Positions 12,948 to 25,190 of a stretch of DNA of 64,000 nt are shown piece after piece (within the stretch, counting starts at the first letter, position 1; every line of letters begins with the position of its first letter). Both the position numbers and the translations under genes were made by a program. The stretch spans positions 4,424,510 through 4,488,509 of the forward strand of contig OZ316892.1 in the NCBI GenBank assembly GCA_973895155.1, in the 5' to 3' direction. Origin of the DNA: Marsupella aquatica. Its lineage: Eukaryota > Plantae > Marchantiophyta. Below the pieces are notes generated by a model. That model made no database searches. It was not told where the DNA came from and worked only from the letters and a program-made list of their open reading frames with translations.

Positions 12948-13361
12948 ATGCGGCAAAGAGCGTCCGTGCTGTCTTGTATGAGGCCGGCCTATGTGACCAA
13001 AGAATCCGATACAGTCCGCATCCAGAAGCCGTCCGGGGACTTTGAGGAAGTGGCGTCGCCTTGCGTTGCGTCGAAGGTCATGGGGAAGCATCCGGAGTAC
13101 TTGGTGGTCCATTGCTCAAGAGCGAAGTGCGGCGCTATCGACATCACTGTCATCTCTCCTAACCAGGACCTCCTGCCCGGAATTCCATACATGCTCTACC
13201 CGAAGGTTGAGTCCAACGAATTGTCAGATGTCAGTAACATTCCGGCCTCCATCTGCATGTCGATGAAAGATCGGCAATTGACGTTCCGCAGCTCTACGTC
13301 CCCAAATTCTTGGTCGACGAAATGCTTGTCGACTAACGAGGGAGATGAGTCCGCCGTATAG
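12948..13361 (+). CDS. PADRE / DUF4228-domain protein, 137 aa, intronless
   Basis: VRIQKPSGDFEEVASPCVASKVMGKHPEYLVVH...ISPNQDLLPGIPYMLYP matches the DUF4228 pattern (V+++dG.veef..Pv.a.evm...P.h.v...l.pd..L..G..Y.l.P). Confidence 0.8.
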   Translation: MRQRASVLSCMRPAYVTKESDTVRIQKPSGDFEEVASPCVASKVMGKHPEYLVVHCSRAKCGAIDITVISPNQDLLPGIPYMLYPKVESNELSDVSNIPASICMSMKDRQLTFRSSTSPNSWSTKCLSTNEGDESAV

Positions 13362-14991
13362 TGTACATGACTACTCCGCATTTTATGTGCTCGTCGATGT
13401 TGCGCATGTGGAGCGGCTTGTTGGCTTCCACTTGCAAATAAGTTGAGAGCTCAGCGGATTCCGTTTTTGTACCTATCCACGAGCCGAGTACCGGTCCTGT
13501 CTTAGTTCGGAACAGCTTGTAACTTCCTTACGCATCATTCAGTAACCTGCTGCAATCTATTCCGTTGGCCTTTCGGCTCAAAAGGCCCGAGAAACCGTCC
13601 TTCGCTGGCCAAAGCAGAGGTGGGAGCTGGAAATGGAGGTCACCATACCAAGTGACGTGGCCTTATCCACCATCATTGCTATGAGTATAGGATAGAAGTG
13701 ATGTAAAGGAGTTGCGGTCGTGTGGTCTGACAAGGGGTAAATTAAACCCACACATGGTCTAAACAGAGGAAGCTCGAGAATTTGGTACAAGCTTTCGGTA
13801 GTACTTACAAATGGTGGGACATTTGTCGATCATTGTACGTACTACCGATTCCTTTTCTTTCAAGTTTTGTTCGCAGTTTTGCCCTCCTCATCTATGCTGA
13901 CGCTACTATAATTGAATATAGCGGATGCACAGTTTGTAATTGAAGCTCGTGTGAAGCGATTCCACTCATCGCTCTACGTTTTAATGCAAATTTTATATAA
14001 TCGAAGGATCGAGCCTCTGGTATCATATGTGAACATGCTTGCTCTGTTTTCATGCTTAGTCATGAGGATCAATGAGTCCTGGCATGCTATGCTTAAATTT
14101 TCCCGAATGATTGACAGTAGGTCTAGTGCGTTGTGGTTGATGATACCCCAGCGCATTTTGCCAAGTCAGTCGACTCATCGTGTGTGTGTGAATGCTCGAT
14201 GACAACTCTGTCTTGTTCCGTTGGTGCATCAATTCGGAATTTATAATCAATCGGCGACAGGCGTATACGGTAGTATACTCGGAGTTCTCATTTCTCATTT
14301 CTCCCTTCTCCCAATTTGGTTTTCGGAACTGTTATCCACATTGAGTCGGTGTACTTCCGGTTCGTCGACATGCAGAGTCGAGATAATATACCACAGTTGG
14401 GGTGGTGACACTGCTGTCGTCTCGTTTGTTTAATTTTCAAATGACAAGCTGCTTCCAGGAAACACAGTGGCGGAATTGATTCCCTGCGTAGGTTTGTTGC
14501 TTTATTTAGAATTGATGTCGCCGATTTCAACTCTGCATGGCAAGTTTTGGCGTTACTCCAGACCTGCTCAAGAGAAAGACCCCTAGAACACATTAGCGCT
14601 GTTTGACTCGACTTCAGCGGCCCCAAGAATTAAAAGCACCGTCAGATGACCGAGTCCTAGGGTTCCGTCAAATAGAGTGTGATGAGTAAATGTCCTCCCA
14701 ACGAAATTTACAGCTTCTTGGTTGTTGTTGTTTTTGTTAATTAAGAGCATTCACATGTGTAAAAGTGATATCAAAGTCAATATAACCATTAAAAGGTTAC
14801 AAATGATGATATAATATAGTCGCACCACAAACTAATATAATAAATTTGATAATTAGAGCCATTGCTTTTGATCAAAATTTATAGCAGCGCCTGGAGCTTA
14901 TCAAAATATATCCTTTAGGCTATAGTCATTTTTGTTCATATTACCATAGTGGCACTCAACGCCAACAAAGAGTCCTCTTTGGTAAGGTTTC

Positions 14992-14994
<3 letters not shown>

Positions 14995-15037
<43 letters not shown>
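14995..15037. repeat. (TA)n microsatellite, about 21 units
   Basis: Read directly from the sequence. Confidence 0.98.
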
Positions 15038-15039
<2 letters not shown>

Positions 15040-15184
15040 CTTTATTACTTGCAAAATTGCATGATCTTCTAAAATATTTTTTGGTGTATTTAACAAACAC
15101 AAGAGATAAAAAATAATACAACTAGTGAAATAGGTGATATATCAGTAAATAATTAAAGCTCACAGACTCTAAAAAATGTTTTTC

Positions 15185-16300
15185 TAGAGGGTTTGGGCCA
15201 AAGTCACATTACTAGCTTTTGGCGCTAGTAACATTCTTTTGTTTTTTTACATTTTGTGTGTAAAATTTCCCTTGTAAAATTTTCAAAATGGTGCTACTAT
15301 GGAGGGTCCAAGCAAGTGTGACAATACTAGCTCCCGGCACTAGTAATGTTAATTTGTTTTTATAGCCCAATTTTGTAAAAAATTTCTCATAAATACATTC
15401 AATATGATGTTATTTTAAAGAGTCCAAGCAAGTGTGACATTACTAGCACCCGGCGCTAGTAATGTTAATTTGTTTTTATAGCCCAATTTTCTAAATTTTT
15501 TCTCATAAATACATTCAATAGGATGTTATTTTAAAGGGTCCAAGCAAGTGTGACATTACTAGCTCCCGACACTAGTAATGTTAATTTATTTTTATAGCCC
15601 AATTTTCTAAAAAACAAATTCATAAACACATTCAATATGATGTTATTTTAAAGGGTCCAAGCAAGTGTGACATTACTAGCTCCCGGCGCTAGTAATGTTA
15701 ATTTGTTTTTATAGCTCAATTTTCTAAAAAAATTCTCATAAATACACTCAATATGATGTTATTTTAAAGGGTCCAAGCAAGTGTGACATTACTAGCTCCT
15801 TGCGCTAGTAATGTTAATTCATTTTTATAACATTTTTTGCTTAATTTTGTCTCATAAATACACTCAAAATAGTGTCATTTTGGAGGATCTAAATTGGTGT
15901 GATATTACTAGCTCCCGGCGCTAGCAATATTCCTTTATTTTTATTACCTTTTTGCCTCTTGTTTTATGTAACATGCTCAAAATACTCTCATTTTGGAGGG
16001 TCTAGGTGGGTGTGACATTACTAGCTCTTGGCGCTAGTAATATTTTATCATTTTTGTTACTCTTTGCTTACTTATTTTTTGTAAACATGCACTCATATAG
16101 TGTCATTTTGGAGTGTCTTGGTGACTTGAATATTACTACCTCTCGGCGCTAGTAACATTTTAAAATGTTTTATACTAATTTTAGCTCAATTTTTGTATAC
16201 AAATTCTTAAAATAATATCATTCTTGGAGAGGATCAAGCCAAGTAGAATATTACTAGCGCCCGATGCTAGTAACATTTGTATATTGTTTTATCTTTTTTA
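15185..16300. repeat. ~116-bp tandem satellite, 10 units, each carrying an 11-bp-stem hairpin
   Basis: ACATTACTAGC-N7-GCTAGTAATGT or variants start at 15206, 15321, 15437, 15553, 15670, 15786, 15902, 16015, 16130 and 16248. Confidence 0.95.
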
Positions 16301-17485
16301 TTAAATTTTTTTTATGGGTTTATGTTTATTATTTCTTGTAATTAACTCTTCTGCCATTTTTTCTTTAAAAATGATGGATGTTTCTACACATAAATGTGTC
16401 ATTTGATGATAGCAGCTACTACTCTTATCAATCAATACATCAAATAAATATGATTTATGATAGTGCCTGGTGCTATTATACATTCTGCACAAGATTTTAG
16501 GACTATTGAGATAGCAATTAGGTACTAAATTAGGGATTATATCATATAAATATATTCAATTTGTCTCAATTTCTTTTGCATCTGGAGCTATTATGGAATT
16601 TTTTCCTAGATTTAATCCAAGAGTTTAATATTCATGACCTTTAAACACATCAAATTATGCCAATTTGTATAGTAGAGTATGTCATTACTATCATATTTTC
16701 CTTGTTCTATACTAGATATTTTGGGGCCACTAGAGAGCGTCAAACTCTAATCCTATTATAGCCCAAAACTTTTATCATATTCTTAAGCACTTCACCTTCT
16801 TATGAGAATAATTTAGAAGTAATTCTAACAAATTTTATGAAAATAAAAATAACCCACATATATAGAATCAACAACTTGAAAAATATAATGATGTTTGTGG
16901 TTTGAAAAATATAATTTAAACACTAGGAAAATTAATATTGTCCCAGATTTTCTTGCAAAACAAAGATTTAAATCACACTTGGTTTTATAATTTGATCCCA
17001 TTTGTGTGTATATCCGTCACATAGGTTCATAAATTCTTGTTACCCATGTGAAATTATATCCATACATTGATATTTATGTTCAAAAAATTACAAAAAAATC
17101 CATGAGATTTTCTATATTGAAGGTTTAATTTAATTAGGAATTAGATTAAAAACATTTTCTAAATGAGGATTTTTTTGGCCAAGACTGTGCCCCTCACGTA
17201 AGCACTCTTTCAATAATCTTGATGATGATGTACACTTTAAGTATCCTCCTTAGAATTTAAAGAGGATCAAATTTGGCCAAATGCAAAAAATATGCACTTG
17301 GTTTATAGGAGAAGTATATTGCATTTTTGTAAGCGTTCAACAAACATAGTAATTTATTGTATGTTAATTGTAAATTAATCTTGTCACTATGTAAAGACTT
17401 TGATGGTATTTTGGCTAGCGCAAGAGGGGATGTTAATGATAACCCTTGCCAAAATGCTAAGTATCCACTGAAAAAATACAAATTA

Positions 17486-18344
17486 TGTTATGATACATAG
17501 GATAGGATAGTTTAAGTCTAAGTTAAGATTACTCCTTAACCTTAGATAACTACCACAACTACCTACAGTAACTACCTTGTACATATACCTTTGAGATCAT
17601 GAATGAAGGGATTGATTTTCTGGCTGAACATTGTGATAAAACACGTTATCAGCACGAGTGCTTCTTAGATTTTTTTTACTCAGAAAATCTACAGGATAGT
17701 GGATTCGGCGAGGATCAAAATTTCAATTCAAATCGTTACACCCATGCTCAGTTTTTCATAGAACATTTTTGGTCAAGACTCAACAGCATGGACACAAAAA
17801 TTTAAGCGGAGCAAGAAGATCTGGATGGTCCAATACAACTTCAAATTGAACAAATTGACAAAAGAAATGAATGTTCTTAAGAGAATACACCAACATTCAG
17901 AGCGAGCAAAAGCGAAGACGATCAATTCAATTTAATTAATTGAATCCTGCATTCAAGAATACTTGAATTTGGAAATTCCCAAGTCCAGAATTGCAAGGAA
18001 CAATGACCCAAAATAGTATGGAGAAACTGCTTTTTCAAGCTCTACAAATAGACGGAACAAATTATTTATCTTGGTCTCTCGATGCAGAGGCGCATCTAAT
18101 CTCAAAAGATCTACAAGAAACCATTATAACCGATAATGGTCCTACTCTACAGCAAAAAGCGAAGGCGCTAATTTTAATACGACACCACCTAGCGGACCCG
18201 CTTAAGCATCAATATCTGAATGCAACAAACCCAAGAATCCTTTGGGATGAACTTCAATCCAAATATGATCATACTCGTACAGTATTTCTCCCAGCAGCTC
18301 GGCATGACTGGATTAATCTGCACGTACAGGATCATCAATCAATC
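17486..18344 (+). mobile_element. Bianca-lineage copia 5' fragment A: LTR 17486-17643, PBS 17644-17657, truncated gag
   Basis: 158-bp TGTTA...AAACA LTR followed directly by CGTTATCAGCACGA. Gag FQALQIDGTNYLSWSLDAEAHL...KAKALILIRHHL...LW.EL..KYDH...LPAARHDWINLHVQD is the Bianca-type gag pattern. Confidence 0.85.
18003..18344 (+). pseudogene. Bianca-type gag N-terminal fragment, cut by the LINE
   Basis: Gag similarity stops at QDHQSI, and the ORF then reads into unrelated LINE 5' UTR. Confidence 0.8.
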
Positions 18345-19044
18345 GTCAGGGTAGTCAATCCGATTTTAAAAACATCGGACCGCGGGCTGAAGGAAACTGA
18401 CTCGTGAGAAGGCGGACCTGTTTGACCTTGGTAACATCGGGAGTGAGGTACTAGAGGGATTTTTGATGATGTGTTGATGGACGGGGAGTCAAAGTTGGCT
18501 TACTCGTTGTTGCTCTGGGGATTCGCTTCTCTTTTAGCATTCTTGCGGGGTGTCTCGTTACGGGATGTTGGAGTTAAGCATGTAACCATTATTAGGGATT
18601 GAGTTTCGAGTGGAGGATAGGACGTGGGGGAGGTGAGCATTTTTTATTTTTTGGGATCTTCTTGACGAGGGGGTCTGGTCGCAGATCTTGGTGCTCTCGT
18701 CCTTAGAGTGTATTTTTGGTAGAGGGATCGTTGCCGTATTGCTTGTGTGATTACTCCGAGTGATTACGGAAGGAAAACACGAGTTATGGTAAGCGCTTAG
18801 CCTGTATTGACAGGCCTTGATACTAAAGGTACTCTGGCGAATTGAATGCTCTGGCGCCTGGCCGCATTGGGCTCTAGATTAAGAGCGCCACAAGAGGGAG
18901 CAGTGACCGCAACAGGTACAGGACTAAATCAGAGATAGTCACAAGTGACAAGTGAAGGGCAGGGATTGCATGTGATTTTACAAGGTGAGAATCAAAACGT
19001 CGCCTCTTTTTAGTTGTGTGGGAAAACTAGTCGTAGGAAAGGTA

Positions 19045-21082
19045 ATGGAATCGGGAGGGAACAGAGGAGGGACAAAGTTCAATCCAGAACGTTACTACGG
19101 ATCCAGGGACAACCAAGCTCTTCGGGCAGACGCAGAACCATTTAGCAGGCAGGACTCGCATAGCACTCCATTTCGGGGCGGAGGCCGCTTCTCTCAAGCG
19201 CCCTCATATAAGAGACGCTTTCCTTTTATCCCTCAAAAGCCATATGATCTTATTGAGCACACAAGTCAACCAAGGGAGACGTTTGTTGAGCGGGACTGGC
19301 AACAAGGTAATGCTGCGGATGGCGGTCACCGACCTGAACCTGGCAGACAACAAAATACGACGAATGAGGGGAACAATGGTGAAGTATTGGCATCTGCTTC
19401 GGCACCGGACGCTAATGCACAGACCCCAGCAACGAACATACAGCCAGAACAGCAAGAACGAGTGGGACCTGGGAGGAATGCGCCTTACGGCTTGGGACCG
19501 GAGAAGGAGGTTGTGACGGAGGATTGTATTAATATACTCAAGGAGATTGGTGAAGTGTCCAAAGGAGAATGGCACAAGAAACTGTTTGCGACAGTGGAAT
19601 GGGCATTGGAGGATGCTGCCAGCAACGTTCGGCAACTCTACAATTGTGCCATGCTTTGCTATTTCATAGACCGTGCGCCAATGCTGCCAATCTTTCGAGC
19701 ATGGGTGGAAGAGATGATGGTGTTTGGGAGAGGATGGCCGGTGCTTCAGGTGAAGTTCGTGGGAAAAAATTTCTATCTCATTGTATTTGAAAATGCGGAT
19801 CACAGAGACTTGGCGCTGGCAACTGCGCCTTGGTTTGTTGAGCGTAAATTGGTATTCACATTCCCCTGGGAACCCTCATTTGATATCCGCACAGAGAAAT
19901 ACACCAAGCTTCCTGTCTGGATTGAGCTCCCATTTCAAGCTCTCGTTTTGGAGGGATGTCGGATTAAGATTGTTGAATCGCTGGGCAAACTGCTTCATTA
20001 TATCCAAGGGGATGAGTATAGCTCTTACCCGCATGACAGGGCCTGCATTCTATGGGATACAGAGCGTGAGGTACCCTTCAGTGCTCGGGTCAAGATCCGT
20101 GAGGACATTAGCATATGGCAGCCAATTCAGTTCAAGAACATACCATTCCACTGTTTTAAATGTAACAAAAAGGGTCATCTCGCTCGGGAATGCAAGGATG
20201 GCTTGGATGTGGTAGCCGCCCAGGCTGCGGCATCAACTGGTGGAGAAGACGAGGCTACCTCCCCTGATGAGAAGGATGAGGAGGCAGACGTAGACCCAGA
20301 GGAGGTATTGAGGGCTCAACTGGCCAGGAATTTGCGCGCAAGAGGAACTGGTGCTCTTGATTCTCTTTAGAATGGGGTAGCATCAGACATCAATGCTGTG
20401 GAAGCAATTCTGGAGCAGAGTAATGTACCAGCTGCAGGAGCCACCCTCGCTATTGGAAGTTGGAACGAGCTACGAGACGAAGTAGCGGTGGGCATTACTG
20501 AGCACACTCTAGCACTTTCCACGCCCCCTGGGAGGGAGTGTGGATGCTGTTGCCGAGCCCTCTACACTGGAGACCACACCGTTGAACTCAAGGAAGAACG
20601 ACACAACGGATGCTAGAAAGTAGCGTGTGCTTGAAAGGGCAACTAGAACGGACGGAGCATCCCTTAAAGGAGAGGATCCGGAGACCTTCTCTTACCATGG
20701 AGATTCAGAGGCCGATCTGGATATGTCTGAATATGAAGCCTATGTTTCCAGTAAAGAGAAGGAAAGAGTCCGTAAGATTGACAGCAGGACCCCACCTCCG
20801 GCTAAAAAAGAAAAGGGCACGCAAGAGACCAAAAAGCAACGCTCGCTTCATTTCTCACCTATTGTATTGTCTGATGCAGGTGAGACCATGGATGTGGAAG
20901 GCACCGTGGGAGAAACCGAGCTGAGGCGAGATGCAATGGTTACCCCTCGGGAAGCTTGGAGGGATCAAAGTACCGACATGGAGATGGAAGAGGCTACTGA
21001 GGAGTCACCAGCACGTAAACAATTATTGCGATTAGTGCGTGAGGGTGGGGGCTCCTCCCCTGGGGGACGTGCACGAATTTAG
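19045..21082 (+). pseudogene. LINE ORF1 (DUF4283-like + CX2CX4HX4C), interrupted
   Basis: NFYLIVFEN...APWFV...FPWEPSFD...LPVWIELP and CFKCNKKGHLAREC. TAG at 20368-20370 and a frameshift near 20550-20630 precede the acidic C-terminal part (20627-21082). Confidence 0.85.
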
Positions 21083-21124
21083 AGGCTTGACAAGCACGGT
21101 GTTGAGGGTGATATTGGGAGGAAA

Positions 21125-24100
21125 ATGTTAAGCCTCCACATTGTATCTTGGAACGTCTGCGGGTTATGCGAACCCAACAGGAAAACTGTAGTAAAGAACT
21201 GGATCGAATCCCGGAAGGAACGAATTGACATTTTGGCATTACAAGAAATCAAGGCTGAGCAATTTAGGCTGGACATCGCTCTTAGAGCCATCTTGCCCTT
21301 GTACCAGTACTTCACCTCCGCGCCAGTTGAAGGGCGTGGTGGATCGGCGCTGCTGATTCACCCAGATTTGAAAATTGTGGATTATGGCATGGTGGATTTG
21401 GGCCGAGCTGATTGGGCTCGGGTGAATTTAGAGGGACACTCATTTGGCATAGTTAGCATTTACGCCCCTAACGTGCCCCGGTTTCGTGCGAGTCTTTGGA
21501 ATGAGCTCAAAGACAACCTCCCCCAAGGAAACTGGATTATGGGCGGGGACTTTAACATGACTGAAACCCGCAATGACTCCACGGGAATTTCACCTCTGAT
21601 TAGAGGCGGGGAAGCAGAGTTGTGGCAATTCTTGAAGGTAAGATTTGATCTGGTTGACGCTATTCAGATTAAGGGGACTATCACGGGCCCTAGGTTCACT
21701 TGGCATCGATGCAGGAATTCCGTGACAGTGCAGTCCAGATTAGACAGATTCTACATCAGTGAAAAAGGAGAATGGGTAGGGGAAATAGTGGACTTGATAC
21801 ATGATGGTGGCTCGGCGCTTTCAGATCATGACCCGGTGGTGCTACACATTTGATTAGGAGATGGGGCGGGTTTCTCGGCTCTGACGAGAGAGGTGTGGTT
21901 CAAAGCCAACCCAGCTGTGGTCCGAAACAGGGACGTGGTAGAAATGCTTGAGGTCGCGTGGCTTCAGGGCAAGGGGGCATGCACGGACCCCCTTCTTACT
22001 TTTGATAAGGCACACTCTAACATGCGAAAGATGTACAGGAGGAAACAGAGCTCTCCTCAAAATCGTTCTGAAGAAATGGAATTTTTACGCAACAAACTTC
22101 GATTACTCAAGGTCTCTTTACTCGAGGAGATGCAAGAAGAAGAACTCAGGGCGTACATAGATGTTGAGGATCAGCTTCATGCGGCGGAACTGGAAGAAGC
22201 TCACATTGGGAGGCGGCTTGCTCGGATCAAGTGGCTGGGAGAAGGTGATGAGCCTTCCAAGTTTTATTTTGCCACTGTGAAAGCCAAGCGGAACAGGGAG
22301 TGCATGAAAGCTCTGACAATCGAGGGAGGATTAGAGATCACGGACCCAGGACTGATTCTGAAAGAAGTGGTCAAACAATGTACAGAATTGTATGCTCCCT
22401 CTGCGCCTTCTGCAGAGGAGAGTTGGGAGATGTTGAAAGCTAGGAGAACTTTGCTGGCTCATACGAGCCACTCTTTATCAATGGGGGACTTGAGTAGGAT
22501 GGAAAAGCTTCCGGATGCTAAGGAAATAAAGGAGACTTTATGGCTTTTGCCATTTGATAAGACTCTTGGCCCAGATGGGATGACCATAGAGGTGTATAGG
22601 GCCTGCTGGGAATTCATTCAGGCAGATCTGATTGCTATGGTACAGGCTTTTTGGCTGACTGGAGAATTGGCTGCTGGGATAAAAGATGGGGTCATTAAAT
22701 TTATACCCAAGAAACCTGATAAAAGATTTCTGAAAGATTGGAGACCGCTGACTATGCTGAATACGATCTACAAACTTATAGCCAAGATCGTCGCTAATAG
22801 GTTGAAACTCATACTACCTAAACTGATCAATGCTCAACAGACAGGGTTTATCCCCGGTAGTCTGGAGAACATATCACTTGCATGGCTTACGTGTGATTGG
22901 GTGAAGAACAGGAAACAAGAATCTTTGTTTCTCAAATTGGATTTTGAAAAGGCTTTCGATCGAGTCAATCATGAGTACATATGGGAGACGATGCATATAC
23001 TTGGGATTGGCAGTCACTTCATTAAGCTGGTCCAGGCACTATTGACGGGGGCTTCATCTAGGGCAATGGTGAATGGTCTGATGTCTGAGACCATTGGGTT
23101 GAACCGTGGAGTTAGACAGGGATGCCCTCTGTCTCCTTTGCTTTTTGTCATCTCTACTCAACCACTTATGGATCTTATGGATGTGGAATTGGCGGCTGGC
23201 CGATTACTCGGAGTCACAATTTCAAAGGCACTCACAATCTGCTACAGACTTTTCGCTGATGACCTCGGAATGTTTATTCCGGCTACTGAGGATAGCTTTC
23301 AAAAAGCGAGATTAGTGCTGAACTTTTACGAGACAGGTACAGGTGCAAAACTCAACTTGAAGAAATCAGTAGTGATTCCCCTAGCTATTCCATCTATACC
23401 TCAATGGTTAGCAAATACAGGATGCGTGATCAGCAAAGCCGGGGAGATACAAAAGTACTTGGGTGCTCCTTTGGGAGTGGATCTAAGGACCGATCAGCTA
23501 CATCGTTTTGTTCTAGACAAGGTTGGAGTGAGGCTGTCATCTTGGGCCAATAAGCTTCTGTCCTTCTCTGGAAGAGCTCTGCTAGTTAGACATGTCCTAC
23601 AGGCTATCCCGATATACCACTCAATGTTTCTTAAGGCCTCAGAGGGGCTGGCCAAGAAACTAATTGCACTCTGCAGGGATTTTTTGTGGGGTTACAACCC
23701 GGAGGGGGGCAAGCGGGTACCGCTGGTATCGTGGGCTCGGATGGCTAGACACAGAGTGGAAGGAGGTCTCGGGTTCAAGGACTTTCGGTGTCACGCTGAT
23801 GCGCTTCTGTCCAAGTGGTTCACTGGGGCTCTTGACTCTCCCCACTCCGAGTGGGCCTGCCTATTTGCTGAAAACCTGAAGTTGGTAGGGTGGCAGAACT
23901 TCAAGTTGATCCGCAGGAACAAGTATTCATTCCCAGATAAAATGTTACTGTGTTGGCCTCGTTCGTTTAAAGGTATGGCATACACTGGTGGTTTATGGAA
24001 GGCATGGATTCAGATTCGGGCACACTTGATCTTCTCGCATTCTAATATGATGCCCGGGAGATGGAATGTCAACGATACTCTCAGATGCTTCAAAGGATTG

Positions 24101-24410
24101 CAATCCTGGTCAAACCAGGATTATGCTTTGGTTACGATTCTGTGTGGTCGTTTGGGTATTAGGTGTATTCAGAACCTGTGGGACTCGGAGCTGAGCGAGT
24201 GGAGAAACCTGGATGGAGGGTTGGAACACATCAGAGGCTGTACAGGGAGAGCGAAAGAATGTTTTAAGGAATTTCTCAGGAAGATCAGGACTACTGTGGG
24301 CTGCAGTTTGCATCACGGGCTGGAACCGAGCGACTGGTGCTGGGCAGACCGACCGACTGCACTGAGGGCTTTTAGGATTACCAACTGGCGGGCCTACCTA
24401 CTCATCCGCC
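21125..24410 (+). pseudogene. LINE ORF2 (APE endonuclease + reverse transcriptase), one stop, C-terminus missing
   Basis: SWNVCGL, LQEIK, SIYAPN, GGDFN, SRLDRFY, SDHDPV; TGA at 21851-21853; then GPDG, WRPLTMLN..YK, QTGF, LDFEKAFDRV, GVRQGCPLSPLLF, FADD, KYLGAPL. Confidence 0.93.
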
Positions 24411-25190
24411 CTGCTGTGAATCTTGCTCCTCCTTTTTCACAATCATTTTGCCTCGACTCCCGATTCATATTTCTCCCTCGTGCCTCTTCATTTTGCTCCT
24501 TCGTCTCTGCTATTTCGCTTCCGGTCTGGTCATATCTGATCTCTATGTGCGATCATTGTGGGGCCGGGTCGAAGCCTTGCTATGCTGATTGTCTTTTTTG
24601 TTTTCTTCTATTGCTTCTCTTTCGACTTCGGGCTTCCTCGCAGGTTATCTGTTGCTTTTAGCCATAATAATGTAGCCCGAGGGAGAGATTGGGGAATCGA
24701 ATTTGCGAACTCGGAATTGCCTCTATTTTTTTCATTCATCATCGGGCATTTGTCGTCCCTATCCTTTCGATTCTGTGCTTCTTCTGGTGCTTTTCTTCGG
24801 CTTCCTATCTCCTTCGGTCTCCTTTTCCCCTGTGTCGTTTCATATGATAATGCTTCGATATGCCTCAGAGGAAGAAGAATTGGGAAGGGGATTGGCCGAA
24901 GTGCATAAAAAAAACTGATCTCTCCAATTCACGCCATCTCTTCTTGATTTCGGCTGTCCCGATTGTCTTTATAGTAAAGCCACAGGTTTCTGGAAAGTTT
25001 ACATTCCTTCTTTCAACGTGCACTCTCAATTCACCATAGCCTTGCTCAGATCCTTGAAGAGACGATTCGTGCTGATAACGTGTCAAAGTCTGAATGAGAA
25101 TGAGCCCGTGTATAGTCATGAATGAGAGTACATATAGGGTGGTCGGATGACCGGCTGGTCCGGTCGTCCGGTCAGAGGTAGAGTCTAACA
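24411..25190 (-). mobile_element. Bianca-lineage copia 5' fragment B (minus strand): LTR 25190-25081, PBS 25080-25067, leader to ~24411
   Basis: Minus strand reads TGTTAGACT...GACTTTGACA (110 bp), then CGTTATCAGCACGA (same PBS as fragment A), then a purine-rich leader. No gag is retained. Confidence 0.78.

Larger units (their letters stand above)
18345..24410 (+). mobile_element. L1-clade LINE (non-LTR retrotransposon), 3'-truncated; boundaries approximate
   Basis: ~700-bp 5' UTR, ORF1 (DUF4283-like plus zinc knuckle), ORF2 with APE endonuclease and RT. No poly-A tail or C-terminal zinc-binding domain visible. Confidence 0.93.

Noticed and set aside
15185-16300. CRISPR-like array (palindromic repeat at regular spacing)
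   Set aside because: The intervening sequences are homologous to one another and ~87 bp long, there are no cas genes, and the context is eukaryotic. It is a satellite.
24411-24661. Hydrophobic Cys/Phe-rich C-terminus of the 922-aa LINE ORF2 as a novel domain
   Set aside because: It is read-through into the antisense leader of Bianca fragment B.
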